A stretch of 64,000 nt of DNA, taken from contig CAVYGB010000008.1 in assembly GCA_963767925.1 (NCBI GenBank), positions 1,728,001 to 1,792,000 on the forward strand, read 5' to 3'. This document shows, one piece after another, positions 20,505-29,835 of the stretch. The notes beneath the pieces are model-generated. The model saw only the letters and a program-made list of their open reading frames with translations, had not been told where the DNA came from and ran no database searches. The translations under genes were made by a program, and so were the position numbers. Every line of letters starts with the position of its first letter. Position 1 is the stretch's first letter. The stretch is from an uncultured delta proteobacterium (GTDB lineage Bacteria > Myxococcota_A > Polyangia > Fen-1088).

Positions 20505-21758
20505 TCAGTTGGCCCGCATCGCCGGGGAAGACCCCCCGGCCGAGCCGCCGCCACCGGCGCTCGCGGCGAGCGTGGCCGCGATGGCCTTCACCTGTGCGTA
20601 CCGCTCGCTGCGCGGGTGTCTCCGGAGGAACGCCTCGACCTCCAGGCGCGCCGTGGCCCTGTCCCCGAGCGTGAGCAACGTCTCGATGATGCTGAAGTCC
20701 GCCTCGTGGCGCAGCACCCCCTGGGGGAAGCGCTCCCGGTAACGGCTCCAGGTCACGATGGCCTGGCGAGGCTGGAAGAGCTGGTCCCGCTGGACCTGGC
20801 CAATCCGGTAGCTCGCGTTCTCCGCGCTGGGCCCGCTGGTCTCGGCGAGCTGGCGCAACATCGACAGGCCGATGGCCGTATCGGTCCGATCCAGCGCCGC
20901 CTGGGCCTCCCGGTAAGCGTCGCTGGGGCTCTGCTCCAGACCGTTCGACGAGGTACGGTCGGGGAGCGGCGCGACCCGCGCCTGCGGACGCCCCGGGGGG
21001 GCGAGCCGCGGCCGGATCGAGCGGCCCATCCGCGCCGGCCCCTTCCAGGACCCGCCGGCGTGGAGCCGGATCATGTGGCCGCCGCGCCAGACCTCGACGA
21101 TCCCCTCGCGGACATCCACCGAGACCTGCCGGGTGGTCACCCCGAGATTGAACTTGGTGCCGACGACGACGACCACGTAGGGGCCGGCGGCCACGCTGAA
21201 GGTTTCCCCCGGGGGTTGCTTGGGCACCACCAGCCGCGCCCGCCCCCGTCGCAGCACCGGGCGCTGGCCGGCGTCGACAACCAGCGTGGTCCTCGCCCGC
21301 AGGTCCACCCGGGCGCCACTCTTGAGCCGCAAGGCCCGCCCCTCGCGGGCGCCGGTGCGGACGGTGGCCGGACCCAGCACCACCGGCGTGGGATCTCCGG
21401 GCGCGCTGACGTCGGGCACGGGCGCCACCTCGACCGCGGGAGCGGTCGCCGGCGCAGCGGGCACCGGCGCAGGGGGCACCTTGGTGGTCGTCGCGGAGAG
21501 GGTGCTCGGCCAGCGGTGGGGCGCGTCGTTCACGAGCGGGCGCAGCACCAGCAGGCCAGCCACGGCCGCGGCGGCCAGCCCGCCCAGGGTGAACAGGACC
21601 GGCCAGCGCAGGCGCCGCCGCCCGGCTCCCGGCACCAGGTCGGCCAGCCGGCTCCAGACCCGCCGCAAGGCCAGATCGTCGTTGCGGCTCGCGGCCGCGT
21701 CCAGCGCGTCGCGAACGCGGCGCTCGGTGTCGTCTCGATAGTCCTCCAGCCACCTCAC
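20505..21758 (-). CDS. FecR-domain/TPR anti-sigma-like membrane protein
   Basis: Short cytoplasmic N-terminus, one TM, FecR motifs 'FSVAAGPYVVVVVGTKF' and 'VDVREGIVEV', C-terminal TPR 'YRERFPQGVL'; GTGA overlap with sigma gene. Confidence 0.85.
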   Translation of the reverse strand: MRWLEDYRDDTERRVRDALDAAASRNDDLALRRVWSRLADLVPGAGRRRLRWPVLFTLGGLAAAAVAGLLVLRPLVNDAPHRWPSTLSATTTKVPPAPVPAAPATAPAVEVAPVPDVSAPGDPTPVVLGPATVRTGAREGRALRLKSGARVDLRARTTLVVDAGQRPVLRRGRARLVVPKQPPGETFSVAAGPYVVVVVGTKFNLGVTTRQVSVDVREGIVEVWRGGHMIRLHAGGSWKGPARMGRSIRPRLAPPGRPQARVAPLPDRTSSNGLEQSPSDAYREAQAALDRTDTAIGLSMLRQLAETSGPSAENASYRIGQVQRDQLFQPRQAIVTWSRYRERFPQGVLRHEADFSIIETLLTLGDRATARLEVEAFLRRHPRSERYAQVKAIAATLAASAGGGGSAGGSSPAMRAN

Positions 21759-22393
21759 GCGGCACCGCCCTTCCCGCTGGTCTTCTCCGCGGCTCTGGCG
21801 CCGCCTCGCTCTGCACCTCTCTCGCCGCCCTTGCGGGCCAGGCTCAGCAGCTCGACCCGGGCATGGTGCAGACGCGACCAGACCGTGTTTTCGGGGCAGT
21901 CCACGATTCGCGCGATCTCGTCGACGCGCAGGCCTTCGATCTCGAACAGGACCAGAACCGTCCGCTTCTTGGCCGACAGGCGCGAGAGCAGGCGGTCGAT
22001 GAAATGCATCTCGGCCGCCCGCTCCACCGACTCCGGTGCCGCGGGAACCGGCTCGCGCAGCAGCAGGGTGCGCAGGACGTCCCGGACCCGCTGGCGCCGG
22101 CCCAGGCGACCGGCGTGGCGCGCAGCGATCCGGTAGATCCAGGTCGAGAGCTGGGCCTCACCGCGAAACGACTCGAGGCTGCGGGAGACGGCCAGGAACA
22201 CGTCCTGGACCGCGTCCTCGCGCTCGTCGCGGACCACGCCGAGCGCGCTCAGGAAGCGGTAGACGAGCGGCGCGTGGCGGTCGTAAAGCTGACGCCAGGC
22301 GAGTCGATCGCCCTGGCGGCAACGCGCGACCAGCTCCACATCGGGTAACGGGGGAGCGGGCGCGGGTGAGGTCGGATTTGGTAGACGAGCCAA
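21755..22393 (-). CDS. ECF sigma factor
   Basis: 'EDAVQDVFL', 'FRGEAQLSTWIYRIA', 'EIARIVDCPENTVWSRLHHAR'. Confidence 0.93.
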   Translation of the reverse strand: MARLPNPTSPAPAPPLPDVELVARCRQGDRLAWRQLYDRHAPLVYRFLSALGVVRDEREDAVQDVFLAVSRSLESFRGEAQLSTWIYRIAARHAGRLGRRQRVRDVLRTLLLREPVPAAPESVERAAEMHFIDRLLSRLSAKKRTVLVLFEIEGLRVDEIARIVDCPENTVWSRLHHARVELLSLARKGGERGAERGGARAAEKTSGKGGAA

Positions 22394-22431
22394 GTTATTA
22401 ACCGATTAGGGCCTGGCTGGACGGTTTTCCG

Positions 22432-23385
22432 TCACCGCAGGGTGAAGCCGATATCAGCGGCAATCCTAACGTAGAAACGGTGCGTTGGAACCGTGAAGAT
22501 AGTAAGGCCGTCCACGCTGCTTTCTGGACGGTAAGAGAACCGGTAGGTCACAACGCCTCCCGCCCCGCCGGCCGAAAGCCGGAAGAATGTCGGCCCGCGC
22601 AAGGCCACGCGGAGGGCCGTCGCGGCGAAGACGACCGGGCCGGGAAGCCAGCGGATGTCCTCGATGCCGGAGGCCGAACGGGTTGCGACGCGGGTGACGT
22701 CGAGACCGCCCCCTGCCCCGATCTGCAGCTCGGCCCGCCGCCATCCCGGGGTGCGCCACCAGAGTCCCAGGTCGACCGGAAGCTGCCGGGCTCGCGCGGT
22801 GCCCCGGTAGTCCATCCCGACCGGAGCCAGCGCCGCCTCCCCGCCGAGGCCCACCCCTCCGGCCACCAGCCAACGCCCGGAGCTCAGCAGCCGCCCCGCC
22901 CGGGCGCCGAGCGCGAGCGCGCCCCACACCTCGGAACCCATCCGCCAGGCGCTCGCCAGTGAGAGGTCCCACCGGCGTTCGGGACCGGCAGGCGCCCGGA
23001 CCACCAGGGGCAGCGGCGGGCTGGGCGGAGGGCTCTCGACGACAGGCTCGTCGAGCTCGGTCAAGAACCGCTGCACGATGAGGGCGGCCGTCTCGGCGAG
23101 GGCCGCGCAGTCGCCCGGTCCGCCCGGGGGTAACGCCCGCTGCAGGCGCGTCTCACCGGCGTGATTGAACAAGGTGAAGCTGCGGTGCCCATCGGCTGCC
23201 GGGGGGGAGAGCGCGAGCTGCAGGGCCTCCCGCCGGCTCGCCTCGGAGAGCGGGATCATCGCCCCCGGCACGCGAGCGGTAAGAGCGTCCTCGACCTCCC
23301 TCGCCGATGGGCAGCCGGGAGCGCTGTCGGGCACGACCGCGACAAGGCCGGCCTGGGCAAACAGCAGCAGAGCAGGCGAAAACAC
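22432..23385 (-). CDS. Secreted protein: Cys-pair N-domain, Pro linker, putative C-terminal beta-barrel
   Basis: Signal-like N-terminus from GTG 23385; 'CPSAREV...CAALAETAALIV'; amphipathic strands ending 'RIAADIGFTLR'. Confidence 0.7.
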   Translation of the reverse strand: MFSPALLLFAQAGLVAVVPDSAPGCPSAREVEDALTARVPGAMIPLSEASRREALQLALSPPAADGHRSFTLFNHAGETRLQRALPPGGPGDCAALAETAALIVQRFLTELDEPVVESPPPSPPLPLVVRAPAGPERRWDLSLASAWRMGSEVWGALALGARAGRLLSSGRWLVAGGVGLGGEAALAPVGMDYRGTARARQLPVDLGLWWRTPGWRRAELQIGAGGGLDVTRVATRSASGIEDIRWLPGPVVFAATALRVALRGPTFFRLSAGGAGGVVTYRFSYRPESSVDGLTIFTVPTHRFYVRIAADIGFTLR

Positions 23386-23432
23386 CGCCGCAATATACAC
23401 AGGGCGAGCGAGCGCGGTCGCCAGGCCGGGTG

Positions 23433-26048
23433 TCAGGCCGGGGCGGCGGCAGCCGCCGGTTGCTCGCTCTGCTGCACCCGGTGAAAGATCCCGTCGGCCT
23501 GTCCGCGCAAGGCCTGGGCGGTCGCGTCCTCCCCGCTCCGCTCCTCGAAGTCGGCGTAGGCCGAGAGCGTGCGTCCCAGCTCCAGCTCCGCGCCGGCGCT
23601 GGCCAGGAGCTCGATCGCCCGATCGAACATGTCGCGCGGGCTCCCTTGCTCCGCCTCCACCGCGGCGCCCGCCGCCGCCGCCCCGGCCAGCAGGCGCAGG
23701 GCCGAGCCCTGCAGGGTGGCGGCCTCCACCGCCCGCGCGTAGCCGAGCGCCTGGCTCGCCTCGTCGCGCGCGCCGTCGGGGTCGCCCTGGCGGAGGTGGA
23801 CCTCGGCCAGCGCCCGGGCGATCTCGGCGGCGAGGCGCTTGGCCCCGAAGCTCTGGGCGATCTTCCGGGCGGCGGTCAGCTCGGCCTCCGCCTCGGCCGG
23901 CTTCCCCTCGGCGAGCAGGCATTCGCCCATCTGCAGCCCCACGTGGCACTGGTACAGCCGCTCGCCCATCTGCTCGGCGAGGCCCCGGGCCTCCTGGAAC
24001 CGCCGCTGGGCCTCGATGAGGCGCCCGGCCTCGCGCTCGAGGCGACCGAGGTCCAGGAGCGAGAACACGATGCCGTGGGCGTCGCGGTTGTCCCGGGCCA
24101 GGGCGAGGGCCTGCTGGAAGCAGGCGCCCGCCGCCGTCAGGTTGCCCCGCTGCATGTCACAGAGCCCCATCCAGGAGAGGGTCAGCGCGCGCCCGCGCCC
24201 GTCCTGCAGCTCCTCGCGGATGGCCAGAGCCGAGCGGTGGAAGGACAGCGACAGATCGAGGCTCCCGCGTAGAAAGTGGATGCGCCCGATGTCGTCGAGG
24301 GCCGAGGCCAGGCCCGGCCGGTCGCCGACCAGCTCGAACAGGAGGTGGGCCTGCTGGAAGTGCTCGAGGGCCCGGCTCAGATCCCCCATCGACCGGTGCA
24401 GCCGCCCGATTCGCCCGTGGGCCGCGCCCCCCTTTCCGGGCAGGTCGAGCCGCCAGGCCAGGCGGAGCATGACGCCAAAGTGGGCCAGCGCCTCGCGGGT
24501 GCGCCCCAGCCGGGCACTGAGGTCGCCGAGCTTGTGGTAGGCCTCGATCTGCTGGACACAGTCGTCCAGGTCGAGCAGGCCGATCCCCCTCTGGTAGAGC
24601 GCGCGGGCCCGCTCGTGGCGCAGGCGGCGGTGGGCCGCATCGCCGGCGGCGAGGAAACTTTGCCCCGCCCGCCGCTCGTCGCCCCCTTCCTGGTAGAGGG
24701 TCCCGAGCAACTCCAGCCGCTCGCTCCCGATCGGCGCTGGCACCTTCGCCTCGAGCCACTGAGCGGCGAACCGTTGCCAGCGCCGGGCCAGCTCGGGGTC
24801 GACCGCGCCGAGGAGAAGCGCCCGCTCGAGATCGCGGCAAAACGACCACTCGGTCTCGCCCGGCACCGTCGAGACTGGCTGGGCCAGGACGAAATCCCGC
24901 TCGGCCAGGGCGGCCAGCAGGCGGCGAACCTCCTCGATGGCCGGGTCCGGGGCGAACACGGCCTGGGCCTCGGGCGGGTGGGCGGCCAGCCGTCCCAGCG
25001 CCACCACGCCCCCGGTCCAGAAGACGGGGCCGAAGGCGGCGGCCTGGCTCAGCAGGAGGCGCTCCGCGGGCGTCAGGCGAGCGATGCGCGCGTGGACGCT
25101 GTCTTCGCCCTCGAGCTCGAGGCTGAGCCCGCCGGTCCGCTTGTCGTCGAAGCGGGCGGGGCCCCCCTCGGTCGGCAGCAGGCCATGTTGCTGATACTGG
25201 AAGAGCAGCTGCGCGAGCAGCGCGGGGTTGCCCCCCGACTCGCTGGCCGCCCGCTCGGCCAGCCCGGCGGTGAGGCTGTCGGCATCGATGACCGAACGGA
25301 CAAAGACGTCCATCTCCAGACGCGAGAGCGGCCCCAGGTCGACCCGGGCCTGGCTGCCCTGCCCGCGCCCCCAGCTCGGCTGGCGGACGAACAGCTCGGG
25401 GCGAGCGGTCACCACCAGGAGCAAGGGCGCCTCGTCGATCTCGGCCGCCAGGTCGGCGAGCACCTCCAGCGACCGTTCATCGGCGAGGTGGATATCGTCG
25501 ACCGCGATGATCAGCGGCTGCTGCGCGGCGTCCGCCTCCAGGAAGCGGCAGAGCACCGCCCGGCCGAGCTCGGTCTCCTGCTCGGGCCGGGTGGCCAGCG
25601 CCTGGGCGAGCGGGCTGTCCGGAAGCGACAGGCCCAGGAACCGTCCCAGGAGGCCCGCTACCTCCGCGACGCGCCGATCGCCGAACACGGTCGACAGCTC
25701 GCCCCGGAAACGTTCGATGGCGACCGGCTCCTCGGCCCCCTCGATCCGGAAGCGGTCGCGGAGGACGGCGGCCAGCAGGCCGAAGGGCTCGACCGCACCG
25801 TCCCGATACAGCTCGGAGGTGCGGGTGTGCAGCGTCCGGAACGTCCCCTGGTTTCGCTTGTCGCGGATCCACTCGGCCAGGAAGCGGGTCTTGCCCAGGC
25901 CGGCCGCTCCGACCAGGGTGACCACCTGAGGCGCGTCAAAACGCAACGCCCGATCGAGCGCGGCCTCGAGCGCCCGCTTGGCATCCTCCCGACCGACGAA
26001 GGAAGGGGAGCGCAGGCCGAGGCGTTCCAGAGCGGGGCCGTCCGTCAT
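23433..26048 (-). CDS. STAND-like P-loop ATPase (AAA_16 type) with C-terminal TPR array
   Basis: 'FVGRE', Walker A 'GAAGLGKT', Walker B 'IIAVDDIH', 'SGGNP'; multiple TPRs. Confidence 0.85.
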   Translation of the reverse strand: MTDGPALERLGLRSPSFVGREDAKRALEAALDRALRFDAPQVVTLVGAAGLGKTRFLAEWIRDKRNQGTFRTLHTRTSELYRDGAVEPFGLLAAVLRDRFRIEGAEEPVAIERFRGELSTVFGDRRVAEVAGLLGRFLGLSLPDSPLAQALATRPEQETELGRAVLCRFLEADAAQQPLIIAVDDIHLADERSLEVLADLAAEIDEAPLLLVVTARPELFVRQPSWGRGQGSQARVDLGPLSRLEMDVFVRSVIDADSLTAGLAERAASESGGNPALLAQLLFQYQQHGLLPTEGGPARFDDKRTGGLSLELEGEDSVHARIARLTPAERLLLSQAAAFGPVFWTGGVVALGRLAAHPPEAQAVFAPDPAIEEVRRLLAALAERDFVLAQPVSTVPGETEWSFCRDLERALLLGAVDPELARRWQRFAAQWLEAKVPAPIGSERLELLGTLYQEGGDERRAGQSFLAAGDAAHRRLRHERARALYQRGIGLLDLDDCVQQIEAYHKLGDLSARLGRTREALAHFGVMLRLAWRLDLPGKGGAAHGRIGRLHRSMGDLSRALEHFQQAHLLFELVGDRPGLASALDDIGRIHFLRGSLDLSLSFHRSALAIREELQDGRGRALTLSWMGLCDMQRGNLTAAGACFQQALALARDNRDAHGIVFSLLDLGRLEREAGRLIEAQRRFQEARGLAEQMGERLYQCHVGLQMGECLLAEGKPAEAEAELTAARKIAQSFGAKRLAAEIARALAEVHLRQGDPDGARDEASQALGYARAVEAATLQGSALRLLAGAAAAGAAVEAEQGSPRDMFDRAIELLASAGAELELGRTLSAYADFEERSGEDATAQALRGQADGIFHRVQQSEQPAAAAAPA

Positions 26049-26114
26049 ACCTCCATCAATAGAAGGGTCCGGGCGACAGCGCCAAAAAACACGCTGTTGT
26101 TTGTGGTTGGCGCG

Positions 26115-26306
26115 TTACATCCCGATGATCACGACGCCCCGCTTGGGTTCGTCGTCCTCATCGCTGCTCCGTGATTCGTCTCGTTCAGGACGGCTTGGCC
26201 GTCCTTCATCCGCGACCGGGAGCTCCAGTCGAGGACGTTCTTCGATCCGCCGGCGTTCTTCTTCCTCTCGGCGGCGGATCTGCTCAATGATCCAGGGCTC
26301 GAGCAT
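26115..26306 (-). CDS. Small charged hypothetical protein (63 aa)
   Basis: AGGGGG SD; 'WIIEQIRRREEE..RPRLELP..RGVVII' resembles a small protein I recall from myxobacteria; fills the gap. Confidence 0.7.
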   Translation of the reverse strand: MLEPWIIEQIRRREEEERRRIEERPRLELPVADEGRPSRPERDESRSSDEDDEPKRGVVIIGM

Positions 26307-26528
26307 CGCGACCCCCTGTGTATGGCTTGCAATATCGCATCCCAGGAGTCAAGTACGTGGGCTTCCAGGTACAGGATGCCCTGAAACATAAGCACCCCGA
26401 TTGCAGGTGTGCACGGAGCAAGTTCCAGGCGTCGACGCGCGGGTCATGGACCATCGCGCCGGGACGGATTGCCCAACGGTATCCTGGCGTTCGGAGCCTG
26501 GACCGAGGGATTGACCCGAGCGGCGGGG

Positions 26529-27203
26529 TCACTCCGGACTCTCGATCCTCCACAGACCCTCTTCGCGAACGAATCGAACTTGGCGCCCTCCGTCGTAGAC
26601 GAGGTACGCCTCGTCTCCCTCCTCGATGATGCGCCGTTCGAGGGCGAGGCGAAGCGCGGAGACCATCGCGCGCTTCTTCTCGGCGCCCTGGGTCTCCCAG
26701 AACGCCCGGAGCTTCTCGCGGGTGATGTCGGCGCGATACCGCGCGGGAGCCAGCTCGATCAAAATGTCGTAGCGCGCGCTCTCCACGGCGTGGATGAAGG
26801 CCCGCAGCGCAGCCCGGGGCGTGTCCTGCCCGAAGGGCTCGAAGGGCGGTGACTCGAGCCGCCAGGCGCCCCCCTCCCGGACGAGGATCACCCGCTCGCC
26901 CTCACCGAGGAGCACCTCGGCCCGCGCCGCCCAGGCGGCGGCGTTCTCCCGCAGCGCGCGCCCGGCGTTGCGGGTGTCGGCCGCCGCCGCCTCCATCTGC
27001 TTGCGAAACTCGGCCGGGGAGACCCGCTTGCGGTAGCCGGCCGACATCAGGCGGTAGGCGGTGGCCCAGTCGGCTCGCTCGAGCGCTGCCCCGTATTGCC
27101 CCAGCGCCCCGCCGGGGGAAGCGGCCCGCTCGGCGCAGGCCAGCGTCGAGCCGAGCAGCAGGGTGAACGCGGCGCCGAGGACGCGCGCGGATCGGTCCAT
27201 CAC
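26529..27203 (-). CDS. Lipoprotein with two NTF2-like repeats
   Basis: Lipobox 'TLAC'; duplicated 'LVREGGAWRL' / 'FVREEGLWRI'. Confidence 0.75.
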   Translation of the reverse strand: MMDRSARVLGAAFTLLLGSTLACAERAASPGGALGQYGAALERADWATAYRLMSAGYRKRVSPAEFRKQMEAAAADTRNAGRALRENAAAWAARAEVLLGEGERVILVREGGAWRLESPPFEPFGQDTPRAALRAFIHAVESARYDILIELAPARYRADITREKLRAFWETQGAEKKRAMVSALRLALERRIIEEGDEAYLVYDGGRQVRFVREEGLWRIESPE

Positions 27204-28636
27204 GGCGCCGGTCCCGGGCTGACCGGCGGCTGTGAACCGGCTGGGCGCACCTCCAGGGTGAGCTGGTAGGGCTCCTCGAGGTCCTGGTCGGTGCCCCGCC
27301 TCCCCTGGACGCGGATGAGGGCCGCACCGCCCGGACTCGCCGGGACGAGCAGGCGTTCGGGCTGACCGCGCCGGGCGGCATCGATGCGCTGAGGGCGGGG
27401 GGCCGCCGGCATCAGGACCTCCAGCACGAGATCGGTCCGCCGGGAGGGCGCCAGCTCGACGAGGAGCTCGGCTCCCGCCGGGACCTCGCAGCGGAAGAAG
27501 TCGACGTCGCCCGGCCCCAGAAACCCGCTCAGGGAGCCGGGCTCCACGACCGTGGCGCGCACCGGCTGGTCGTTGGGCTCCCGCTCACCGTCCGGGGAGG
27601 GCTCGGAACGGACGCCGAGGACGTACCGGTGCTCCAGCTCGGCGACGCCCTCGGTCTGCACGCTGACGTAGAAGAAGGCCGGCTCCGCGGCCGGGCCGGG
27701 GCTGACCGGGCTCAGAGCGGCCGCCGCCAGCGCGCGCAGGACCACCCGCTCGCCCGGGCGGCCCCGGACGCTCTGCACCTTGGCCCCGCTGCGATCGGAA
27801 ACGGTGAGCGACGCGGTCACCGAGGAGGGTGGCGTCAGGAAGACCGACACAACCGTCGACTCCGAGAGCTCCCCCATGGGCACGCGGTAGTAGTCGCGGT
27901 CCCGCGGCGTGCCGAAGTAACCTGCCATCTCGGGGGCGGCGTGGGCCGGCCCGAAGGTCGTGGCGGTCTCGGGCGTGTCGTTGGGCTCCCGTTCGTCGCC
28001 GGCGCCAAGGGGCACCTGCCGGATCACAAGGACGTACGAGCCGGACGGCCGGGTGCCGGGCGCGGCGGCGGCCTTGCGGGCTCGATCGCGCCGGACCGTG
28101 ACAAGGTAGCGGGTGCCGGGCCGGACGCCCACGTTGGGCAGGCCATGGCGCACGCCCGGTCCACCGGACGAGGTGGCGACCACCGTGCCGGTCCCGTCGC
28201 GCAGTTCGAGGACCGTGGCGAGGGTGGCGGCCTGGGTGACCTCGAGCGCGAGCCCCTGGCTGCCTGGCGGCGAGGCCACGATCCCCGCGTCGGCCGCACC
28301 CGGTCCGGCGTCGGGTGGGGCCGTGCCCGGGGTGTCGATGGCGTACACGTCCTCGTCGTCGACCGCTTCACCGTCGGTGGACAGGGCACCGCTGACCGCC
28401 AGCCCGGGCGGCCCGCTCAGCGGGAGGACCATGGGACCTTCGTCGGGACCGACAGGCTCCCGTTCGGGCACCACCAGCAGACCGGAGGGCACCGGCACGG
28501 GAGCCGCGAGGATCACAACCGCGGCGTCCCCCTGCGACAGGATGGGCCGGGACCGCGGGCAGCCCGCCGGGGCGGCGGCCAGTCCCATCAGCAGGAGCGT
28601 GACGGAACGCCGACCCCTGGCGAGGGTCCCCATCAT
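27200..28636 (-). CDS. Secreted protein with tandem PPC-like domains
   Basis: Three 'ERE(P)(ND)' motifs with 'DEDVY', 'DRDYY', 'DVDFF'; signal/lipobox 'PAGC'. Confidence 0.72.
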   Translation of the reverse strand: MMGTLARGRRSVTLLLMGLAAAPAGCPRSRPILSQGDAAVVILAAPVPVPSGLLVVPEREPVGPDEGPMVLPLSGPPGLAVSGALSTDGEAVDDEDVYAIDTPGTAPPDAGPGAADAGIVASPPGSQGLALEVTQAATLATVLELRDGTGTVVATSSGGPGVRHGLPNVGVRPGTRYLVTVRRDRARKAAAAPGTRPSGSYVLVIRQVPLGAGDEREPNDTPETATTFGPAHAAPEMAGYFGTPRDRDYYRVPMGELSESTVVSVFLTPPSSVTASLTVSDRSGAKVQSVRGRPGERVVLRALAAAALSPVSPGPAAEPAFFYVSVQTEGVAELEHRYVLGVRSEPSPDGEREPNDQPVRATVVEPGSLSGFLGPGDVDFFRCEVPAGAELLVELAPSRRTDLVLEVLMPAAPRPQRIDAARRGQPERLLVPASPGGAALIRVQGRRGTDQDLEEPYQLTLEVRPAGSQPPVSPGPAP

Positions 28637-28638
28637 GG

Positions 28639-29112
28639 CTAACCTGGGGCTGGCGCCGGAGGCGTCCCGGTGGGGGCCGTGAGCGGGCGAATTCCGGCCA
28701 GCAACTCGGCCTCGGCCACGACCAGCCCGTCGACCTTGGCCTCCCCCCGCATCTTCCAGATCGCTCCGCCCTTGCGAAGGGGGACCACCTCGAGCCGCAA
28801 GACATCTCCCGGCACCACCGGCTTGCGGAACTTCACCCCGTCCATCCCCATGAAATAGATGACCTGGCGGGTGGGGTCGAAGTTGGTGGCCCGGGCGGCC
28901 AGCAGCGCGCCCGCCTGGGCGAGCGCCTCGATGATGAGCACGCCCGGCATCACCGGATTGCCCGGGAAATGCCCCTCGAAGTGGGGCTCGTTCCGGGTGA
29001 CGAGCTTGAGGGCGACGATGCGCTCCTCGGTGAGCGACTCCACCCGGTCGACGAGGAGAAACGGATACCGGTGGGGGAGAAGCGACTCGATCTCGCGGAT
29101 GTCCATCCCCAT
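28639..29112 (-). CDS. fabZ: 3-hydroxyacyl-ACP dehydratase
   Basis: '[13 protein letters not shown]', '[22 protein letters not shown]'. Confidence 0.97.
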   Translation of the reverse strand: MGMDIREIESLLPHRYPFLLVDRVESLTEERIVALKLVTRNEPHFEGHFPGNPVMPGVLIIEALAQAGALLAARATNFDPTRQVIYFMGMDGVKFRKPVVPGDVLRLEVVPLRKGGAIWKMRGEAKVDGLVVAEAELLAGIRPLTAPTGTPPAPAPG

Positions 29113-29130
29113 GGGAGGCCCGGCCTCGGG

Positions 29131-29730
29131 CTACTTCTTGGCGGGAGCGGCTGGCTTGGCCGCCGCCGGTTTGCTGGCCGCCGCCCCGCCACCTTCCCGG
29201 CCTTCGCCGGCGTTGTAACGGCGGATGACCTCGTTGGTGAGGTCGAGGTGTGGCTTGGCGAAGACGAGGCCCGCCTGGGTGCGGTCGAACACCATGCTGA
29301 AGTTCTCGGTGATCGAGATCTTGGCGATGATTCGTTGCATCCGCTCGAAGATCTTCCCGGTGGCCTCTTGCTCCTTGCTGGAGAGGTCCTGCTGGTGACG
29401 CATGTACGTCTGCTGGACCTTCTGCATCTGGCCCTGCAGCTCCGTCTCCTTCTGCTTGACCACCTCCGCGCCGAGGAGCGTGCGCCGCTTCTCGAGGTCC
29501 TCGATGGCCTTCTTCAGGGAGGTCTGCTGCTCGTCGAGCTCCTTCTGCTTCTGGTCGAAGACCTTCTTCAGATCGGCCCGGGCCTTGCGGCCTTCCTCGG
29601 TTTCCATCAGGGCGCGCTGAAGATCAACGAAGCCGAGCTTCGCCTCCTGGGCCTGCGCCTCGCGGAGCCAGAACCCGCTCACGAGAACTGCCAGAGCTAC
29701 CGAGACCACACGGATGGCCAAACGCTTCAT
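29131..29730 (-). CDS. skp: Periplasmic chaperone Skp/OmpH
   Basis: Signal peptide, 'KLGFVDLQRAL', coiled coil, 'DLTNEVIRRYN'. Confidence 0.92.
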   Translation of the reverse strand: MKRLAIRVVSVALAVLVSGFWLREAQAQEAKLGFVDLQRALMETEEGRKARADLKKVFDQKQKELDEQQTSLKKAIEDLEKRRTLLGAEVVKQKETELQGQMQKVQQTYMRHQQDLSSKEQEATGKIFERMQRIIAKISITENFSMVFDRTQAGLVFAKPHLDLTNEVIRRYNAGEGREGGGAAASKPAAAKPAAPAKK

Positions 29731-29835
29731 CGATGCACTCCTGCCTTTTGCCTCTTTTACAGGCCCATCGATAGCATGCTCCCCGCCGGGGGTCGAGAGG
29801 GCCAATACATATCGTCGCCGAGGGGGGGCACCCCG

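Noticed and set aside
26417..26433. Second sigma54 promoter (CGCCTGGAACTTGCT on minus strand)
   Set aside because: Lacks the invariant GG at the -24 position.
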